From an uncultured Acidobacteriota bacterium (GTDB taxonomy: Bacteria > Acidobacteriota > Polarisedimenticolia > J045), in NCBI GenBank assembly GCA_963702425.1, contig CAVPCQ010000011.1, forward strand, positions 96,001 to 160,000: a DNA stretch of 64,000 nt, in the 5' to 3' direction. The notes under the pieces are model-generated. The model had not been told where the DNA came from. It saw only the letters and a program-made list of their open reading frames with translations, and searched no databases. This document shows positions 60,151 through 64,000 of this stretch, piece after piece (the stretch's first letter is position 1; every line of letters begins with the position of its first letter). The translations under genes were made by a program, and so were the position numbers.

Positions 60151-60790
60151 TGAGGTCCTTCCACTTGACGCGCACGAGCACGTATTTGACGTAGCGGCTC
60201 GCCGGCTGGTCGGCGGTCGGCGTCGTGGTTTCGACGGTGACGCTGTCGCGGGCATCCGGCGAAGCCGGGCCGAGACGGACGTTCGTGATCGCCTGGGCAT
60301 GATCCGCAGCGTCCACGATGTAGACCTCGCGGCGGAATCGTCTGTACTGGCCGGCGTTGACCGCGTAGTCGAGCTTGCCCTGCGTCCCGGCCGAGTAGGT
60401 CGCGAGCGTGATCGGGATCGGCGAGAGCTTGATGTCCGGGACGTTGGCGCAGTTCCGGTAGTTGAAACGCGTCCCGTTCAGAAGGTCGACCTGGCCATAG
60501 TCTTCGTCCGTGAAGATCGTGGTCGTGACCTCGTCGATGTCGGTGCAGGGGTCGGACACGTCACGGTAGGCGTCGCGGTCGCCGTCCTGGTAACGGGAGT
60601 TCTTGATCTGCTCCAGCCGGTGGCCGGCCAGGTAGCGGGCGGTCGCGTAGTCCTTGGTGAACTGCGAGGTCTTGAGCGTCGAGATCAGCAGCATGTTCAG
60701 GCCGAGCAGCGCGATCCCGAAGATGCCGACGGCGACGAGCGCCTCGGCCAGCGACACGCCCGCTTCCGACGAGAGTCCGCGCCTGGTCAT
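60089..60790 (-). CDS. PilV-like minor pilin
   Basis: AG|VSLAEALVA, A.YLA..RLEQIK and K.V.VRVKW. Confidence 0.8.
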   Translation of the reverse strand: MTRRGLSSEAGVSLAEALVAVGIFGIALLGLNMLLISTLKTSQFTKDYATARYLAGHRLEQIKNSRYQDGDRDAYRDVSDPCTDIDEVTTTIFTDEDYGQVDLLNGTRFNYRNCANVPDIKLSPIPITLATYSAGTQGKLDYAVNAGQYRRFRREVYIVDAADHAQAITNVRLGPASPDARDSVTVETTTPTADQPASRYVKYVLVRVKWKDLNGQLHHVTLSTEKAFYIPSF

Positions 60791-61413
60791 CGCTCGAGCC
60801 TCCACGGCACCGGTCCGCTGCTGTCCGGGTCGTATTTCCACCGGCGCACCCGTCCGGTCGCCTCGTTCACGCTGATCGCGCGCATCTTCGCGGGGTCGTT
60901 GTGCGCCAGGTCCTGCTTGTCGATCAGGTAGACGATGCCCGCTGTCGATGAGCCGCCCGGCCGGAAGACCGCCGCCGGCGGGCTGCCGGCGAAGGTCACG
61001 GCGTCGGCCACCGCCGCCCCGTCGAGCCCGACGACTCCGGGGGGGCAGCCGAACACGATGTGCTCGGCCGATGCGGACAGGCGGGATTCCACCAACGTCT
61101 CACCGATCGCCTCGTCGAGGTCGCCGTCGCTGTTGCGGTCCGCGTGGACGGCGTAGCGACCATCCACGTCGTTGAACACGACACGGAAGTTGTAGTCGTT
61201 GAACGCGGCCTGGGAGCGCGCCAGTTCCAGCCGGCGCGCCACGTCCGAGGCGACGGCGCTGGTGCGCCAGCCGGACGTGTTCGCCACGTAGACCCCGATG
61301 GTCGTCGTGACACCGAGGATGGCGAGCACGACGAGAAGTTCGGGCAGGCTGTAGCCGCGCTCCCGGCGAGTACGGCCTCGGCGTCCGTGCTCAGTGCAAT
61401 GTGTGATGTCCAC
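60787..61413 (-). CDS. FimT/FimU (GspH)-like minor pilin
   Basis: RG|YSLPELLVV, LELARSQA, F.PGG and C-terminal TGRVR; first gene of the operon, start codon uncertain. Confidence 0.8.
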   Translation of the reverse strand: MDITHCTEHGRRGRTRRERGYSLPELLVVLAILGVTTTIGVYVANTSGWRTSAVASDVARRLELARSQAAFNDYNFRVVFNDVDGRYAVHADRNSDGDLDEAIGETLVESRLSASAEHIVFGCPPGVVGLDGAAVADAVTFAGSPPAAVFRPGGSSTAGIVYLIDKQDLAHNDPAKMRAISVNEATGRVRRWKYDPDSSGPVPWRLER

Positions 61414-61619
61414 GGGCGTTCCGTCCGCGCGAGGATCCCCGGTCGAATATTGGTTCGGGGCCGGGTCCGGGCAAGGCCTTGCGGGGCGCGGCTTTTCGAG
61501 GATCGAGGAGATGTCCCCAGGGCTGTTCAGGAGCTGAACACCGGGCTCCCCGCGGCTGTTCCGTCCCGTTCGAAGCGCTACCTTCGGCGGGCGGGATCGT
61601 GGCAGTATCTTCTTCCCCG

Positions 61620-62048
61620 ATGGTCGACCCCGGTTCCGCCCGCTTGACCCTCCGTTGCGACCTGGACGAGGTCGCCCGGGCCGACGCATGGCTGCAGGAG
61701 TTCTGCGCCGGCCACGGGGTCATCGAGGACGCGCTCTACGACCTGCGGCTCTGCCTCGACGAGGTCCTCGCGAACGTGATCCGGCACGGCTACGGCGTCG
61801 GCGACACGGGGACGGTCCACGTCTCGATCGAGTGCCCGGGGGACCGGGTGAGACTCGAGGTTCGCGACGCGGCCGCACGGTTCAACCCGCTCGACGCGGC
61901 GGATCCCGATCTCGATGTCGCCCCCGAGGATCGCCCGATCGGCGGGCTCGGGATCTTCCTCGTCCGGCAGCTGATGGACATGGTCAGCTACGATTACGAA
62001 AACGGTGAGAACCGGCTCTCGATGGAACGCAGCCTCAGGCGGCGGTGA
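61620..62048 (+). CDS. RsbW-like anti-sigma factor kinase (HATPase_c_2)
   Basis: LCLDEVLANVIRHGY, FNPL and RPIGGLGIFLVRQLMD. Confidence 0.88.
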   Translation: MVDPGSARLTLRCDLDEVARADAWLQEFCAGHGVIEDALYDLRLCLDEVLANVIRHGYGVGDTGTVHVSIECPGDRVRLEVRDAAARFNPLDAADPDLDVAPEDRPIGGLGIFLVRQLMDMVSYDYENGENRLSMERSLRRR

Positions 62049-62093
62049 AGCCGCTGTCCGTGACCGCGATCGAGCGGCCTGAGGCCGGTGGGG

Positions 62094-63260
62094 TCACGCG
62101 CGTCCCGTCCGCGCCAGCGCCTCGCGGTAAGCGGCTTCCAGCTCGCCGATCATCCGCTCGCGCGTGAACCGCGCGCGCACGAAGCGCTCGCCCTCGGTCG
62201 CGCGGGCCCTCCAGGCCGGCAGATCGCGCGCCATCGCGCCGATCGCATCCGCCAGGGCCGCAGCGTCGCGCGGCGGAACGACGATCCCGTACTTCCCGTC
62301 ACCGGTCAGCTCGCGCGCGGCACCGATCCCGGTCGCGACGACCGGGACCTTCGAGGCCAGGGCCTCCTTGATCATCCCGGAGGAGGCATCGCAGTCCACC
62401 GCCGGCAGGATCGCGAGGTCGAGCGCGGCGTAGATGTCGTTGACGTCGTCGCGATAGCCGAGGAAGTGGACCCGGCCGGCCAGCCCGAGCGCCCGAGCGC
62501 GGGCCCGGAGCGCCTCCGCCGCGTCCCCGTCGCCGGCGAGGACGACGGAGAGCTGCGGCCACTCGGGCGCCAGGATCGCCAGCGCGTCGATCAGGTACTC
62601 CTGTCCCTTGTCGGGCACCAGCCGCGCCACCGTTCCGGCCAGCAGGTCGCCCTCCCCCGCTCCGACCTCGCGCCGCACCTTCGCGCGGTCGGGCGGCCGG
62701 GTGGGCGTCGCGACCTCGGGGCGCAGTGGGCTGTGGATCGCCGGGATCTCGCGCTCGTCCAGCGCCCCGGCCGCGATGATCCCGCGAAAGCGGTCCTTCA
62801 CCTCGGGGGCGACGACGATCAGCCCGTCGAGACCGCGCCCGAAGAGCCAGCGATTGACCGCCGTGTTCCGCACGCGCTTGGTGTTGTGCCGCGTGTAGAG
62901 CTGGACCGGGCGCGACGCCCGCGGCATCGCGAGCCGCGCCAGCGCCGCCGCCCAGGTGTCCTGCGAGCCGTGCGAGTTGACGATGTCGGGAGCGTAGGCG
63001 GTGAAGAGGCGACGCAGCGTGAGGGCGTCCCGGACCAGCGAGACGACCTGCTGCTTGGGGCGGAAGCGGACGTCGCCGAAGACGGCGATCCCCTCCGCGC
63101 GCGCCGTCGCCGCCGGCCGCCCGTCCCCCGGCACCGCCAGCATGACCGTGTGGCCGCGCGCGGCGAGGCCGCGGCACTCGGCGAGCACGCGATTGATCTG
63201 GCCGCCCCACCCGCGGTGGAAATCGGTGTGGAGGATCGTGAGGCGGCCGTCCCCCACCAT
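62094..63260 (-). CDS. Glycosyltransferase family 4 protein
   Basis: ILHTDFHRGWGG, VARL..DKG, FLGYRDD and EALA...PVVAT. Confidence 0.88.
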   Translation of the reverse strand: MVGDGRLTILHTDFHRGWGGQINRVLAECRGLAARGHTVMLAVPGDGRPAATARAEGIAVFGDVRFRPKQQVVSLVRDALTLRRLFTAYAPDIVNSHGSQDTWAAALARLAMPRASRPVQLYTRHNTKRVRNTAVNRWLFGRGLDGLIVVAPEVKDRFRGIIAAGALDEREIPAIHSPLRPEVATPTRPPDRAKVRREVGAGEGDLLAGTVARLVPDKGQEYLIDALAILAPEWPQLSVVLAGDGDAAEALRARARALGLAGRVHFLGYRDDVNDIYAALDLAILPAVDCDASSGMIKEALASKVPVVATGIGAARELTGDGKYGIVVPPRDAAALADAIGAMARDLPAWRARATEGERFVRARFTRERMIGELEAAYREALARTGRA

Positions 63261-64000
63261 CACTTCTCCCAGGGCAGCCCGGGCTTTCCGAAGTGGCCGT
63301 AGTTGGTGGTCTTCGTGTAGAGCGGCTGCAGCAGCTTGAGCCGCTCGATGATCGCGTGCGGCCGGAAGTCGAACTTCTCGCGCACGAAAGCCGCCGCCTT
63401 GTCGGGGTCACCGGTGCCGAACGTCTCGACCAGCACCGACATCGGCTGGGCGCGGCCGATCGCGTAGGCGACCTGGATCTCGGCTCGCCGCGCGAGCTTG
63501 TGCCGGACCAGCTGGCGCGCGACGAAGCGGCAGAAGTAGGCGCTGGACCGGTCGACCTTCGAGGGGTCCTTGCCCGAGAACGCGCCGCCGCCGTGACGGG
63601 CGAAGCCGCCGTAGGTGTCGACGATGATCTTGCGGCCGGTCACGCCGGCATCGGCAGTGGGGCCGCCGATCTCGAAGGCCCCGGTCGGATTGACGAGGTA
63701 CTCGATCTTCCTGTGCGCCCAGTCGCCCAGCACCTGGGGCGCGAACTGTTCGACGATCCAGGACCGGATCTCCTTCGGCTTCGTCCCGTGCGCGTGCTGG
63801 GTCGAGACCAGAACCGACTCGACCTCGACCGGCCGGCCGTCCCGGTACTGCACGGTGACCTGCGTCTTGGCGTCGGGCCGCAGCCACTTCGGACCGTCGC
63901 CGTGCCGTGCCTCGGCCAGGGCGCGCGAGAGCTTGTGGGCCAGCAGGATCGGCAGCGGCATCAGTTCCGGCGTCTCGTCCGTCGCGTAGCCGAACATGAT
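63260..64000 (-). CDS. metK: S-adenosylmethionine synthetase (3' part; 5' end outside the window)
   Basis: MFGYATDETPELMPLPI, RPDAKTQVT, GRKIIVDTYGG, GGGAFSGKDPSKVDRS and YGHFG. Confidence 0.97.
   Translation of the reverse strand: MMFGYATDETPELMPLPILLAHKLSRALAEARHGDGPKWLRPDAKTQVTVQYRDGRPVEVESVLVSTQHAHGTKPKEIRSWIVEQFAPQVLGDWAHRKIEYLVNPTGAFEIGGPTADAGVTGRKIIVDTYGGFARHGGGAFSGKDPSKVDRSSAYFCRFVARQLVRHKLARRAEIQVAYAIGRAQPMSVLVETFGTGDPDKAAAFVREKFDFRPHAIIERLKLLQPLYTKTTNYGHFGKPGLPWEK

Noticed and set aside
61468-61483. Second sigma54 promoter (GG-N10-GC with TTGC)
   Set aside because: The -24 element is CGGGCA rather than TGGCAC, and it points away from the pilin operon; the palindrome explains the match.

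Overview
Very GC-rich bacterial DNA. It probably comes from an uncultured lineage such as Acidobacteriota, which is an inference from gene content only. Many genes carry single-base frameshifts, a pattern that looks like uncorrected long-read indels. Most of the window is ordinary envelope, transport and metabolic genes: a patatin-POTRA-barrel protein, DASS, SulP and AI-2E transporters, DUF3300/DUF2950, a MacAB-like ABC exporter, OmpR-HK-DegQ, a PabB-PabC fusion, amidohydrolases, a type IV minor-pilin cluster, a GT4 and the 3' part of metK. The standout is an ~8 kb locus at 35128-43204. On the + strand it has a membrane-fusion protein, a sensor-less PrsK-like kinase and a PrsR-like sigma54 activator. 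These are followed by a near-consensus sigma54 promoter driving a small leader + (AAAKAAAKMPAK)n repeat peptide. Converging on it from the - strand are a triple-GAF/HlyD fusion and a PqqD/RRE-like + site-2 (M50) protease + HlyD fusion. This looks like a peptide processing and export system with no ATPase. Other points of interest are a possible secreted nuclease/immunity pair, a telescoped internal duplication in an Ntn-hydrolase, a DksA-type zinc finger fused to a SpoIIE phosphatase, and giant minor pilins rich in putative Ca-binding motifs. No rRNA, tRNA, CRISPR array or transposase was recognised.
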